From assembly GCA_964617125.1 (NCBI GenBank), contig CAZTVS010000005.1, positions 16,529 to 80,528 on the forward strand: a stretch of DNA of 64,000 nucleotides, written 5' to 3'. The stretch's first letter is position 1. Each line of letters starts with the position of its first letter. Positions 63,117-64,000 of this stretch are shown here, piece by piece. The notes below the pieces were generated by a model that was not told the origin of the DNA, did not search any database, and worked only from the letters and a program-made list of their open reading frames with translations. The translations under genes were made by a program, and so were the position numbers. The DNA comes from an uncultured Acidobacteriota bacterium (GTDB lineage Bacteria > Acidobacteriota > UBA6911 > CAINFC01).

Positions 63117-64000
63117 ATGGCTGGGGAGAGTAAGCGTAGATTTCTGGAAGCTATCCATCATCGGGAGAGTCCCTTGCCCGTAGATTTTGGTGCCACGACG
63201 GTAACGGGAATACATGTCTCCTGCGTGGCTGCCTTGCGCGATCACTATGGTCTGGAGCGGCGCCTGGTCAAAGTACACGAGCCCTACCAGATGCTGGGAC
63301 TCATCGATGAGGATCTGAAACAAGCCCTGGGGATCGATGTGGAAGGAGTCTTTGCCCCCCGGACCATGTTTGGTTTTGCCAATCAGAATTGGAAAGAATG
63401 GAGGATGCCCGACGGGCTGGAAGTCCTGGTTTCCGGTGAATTCCGAACCACTGTCGATGCCCGGGGAGACATCCTGATTTATCCCGAAGGAGACCTCTCC
63501 GCCCCTGCCAGCGCCAGGATGCCAACAGACGGGTATTTCTTCGACAGCATCATTCGCCAGGGTCCAATCGACGAAGATCATTTGCATCCGGAAGATAACC
63601 TGGAGGAATTCCAACCGATCACCGACGCCGATCTCGCTTATTTCCGCCAGGCCGTGACAGAGGCTGCTTCCACCGGGAGAGGCGTCATCGCCAATTTCGG
63701 AGGGACCGCCTTCGGCGATATCGCCCTGGTTCCTGCACCCTTTCTCAAATATCCCCGCGGGATTCGCGATGTCGCCGAATGGTACATGGCCACCCGCAGC
63801 CGGCGTGACTATATACACCGCATTTTCGCGCGTCAATGTGAAATCGCCCTCTCCAATCTGGAACGGATCTTCCAGGTGGTCGGGAACCAGGTCGATGCCG
63901 TTTTCCTCTGCGGGACCGATTTTGGCACGCAGAAATCGACTTTCTGTTCTCTGGAGGCCTTTACCGATCTTTATTTTCCCTATTATCGCAGCCTCAACCG
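63117..64000 (+). CDS. uroporphyrinogen-decarboxylase (URO-D) family protein, 3'-partial
   Basis: The frame is open from the ATG at 63117 to the window end. The N-terminus …FLEAIHHRESPLPVDFGATTVTGIHVSCVAALRDHYGL… resembles MtaA/CmuA-type URO-D-like methyltransferases. It is absent from the ORF track because no stop falls inside the window. Confidence 0.55.
   Translation, partial: MAGESKRRFLEAIHHRESPLPVDFGATTVTGIHVSCVAALRDHYGLERRLVKVHEPYQMLGLIDEDLKQALGIDVEGVFAPRTMFGFANQNWKEWRMPDGLEVLVSGEFRTTVDARGDILIYPEGDLSAPASARMPTDGYFFDSIIRQGPIDEDHLHPEDNLEEFQPITDADLAYFRQAVTEAASTGRGVIANFGGTAFGDIALVPAPFLKYPRGIRDVAEWYMATRSRRDYIHRIFARQCEIALSNLERIFQVVGNQVDAVFLCGTDFGTQKSTFCSLEAFTDLYFPYYRSLN

Overview
This 64-kb window is core chromosome from a moderately GC-rich, apparently diderm bacterium and spans the replication-origin neighbourhood. 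All calls below rest on motif-level reading of the translations and the DNA; nothing was searched against a database.

I count about 58 protein-coding genes and one tRNA, tRNA-Lys(UUU). In order along the window:
- (a) A carbohydrate-utilisation locus: an ABC substrate-binding protein (5' end cut by the window), a secreted alpha/beta-hydrolase esterase, a large secreted glycoside hydrolase, and a 1020-aa DUF5107-like plus TPR protein.
- (b) An Rrf2 (NsrR/IscR-like) regulator followed by hybrid-cluster protein Hcp.
- (c) A class I-beta DAHP synthase, a sodium:solute symporter, a DUF167/YggU protein, an outer-membrane beta-barrel protein and a 622-aa polytopic membrane protein.
- (d) A tightly packed plus-strand run rpoD-nadE-glpD-guaC-glpF.
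- (e) On the minus strand, gyrB, gyrA, dnaN and dnaA, with AT-rich DnaA-box-bearing regions on both sides of dnaA that I read as a putative oriC.
- (f) A HIT protein, an HU/IHF-family protein, sppA and rpsA.
- (g) rpmE, prfA, prmC and a second HIT protein.
- (h) rpmH-rnpA-yidD-yidC-jag, a Nudix hydrolase, mnmE-mnmG-rsmG-parA-parB and a bactofilin.
- (i) The methylmalonyl-CoA mutase operon mutA-mutB-meaB, then xerC.
- (j) A cluster of envelope proteins: a lipoprotein with a GspG-like pseudopilin domain, a thioredoxin/TPR lipoprotein, a VWA protein and a long coiled-coil protein.
- (k) A partial URO-D-family gene running off the window end.

The most unusual thing I can see directly is a new small non-autonomous mobile-element family. 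Two copies are exactly 110 bp, carry 21-bp terminal inverted repeats, and are each flanked by a different 6-bp direct duplication (AGGGAT and ATTCAT). They lie in inverted orientation on either side of a two-gene cassette (an Smr-domain protein and a secreted protein). A third, degraded copy lies upstream of the Rrf2-hcp operon. The TIRs of the two intact copies differ by mutually compensating changes, which suggests selection on a hairpin structure.

I found no CRISPR array, phage integrase or transposase gene. Several very long antisense ORFs are present and I rejected them as codon-bias artefacts.
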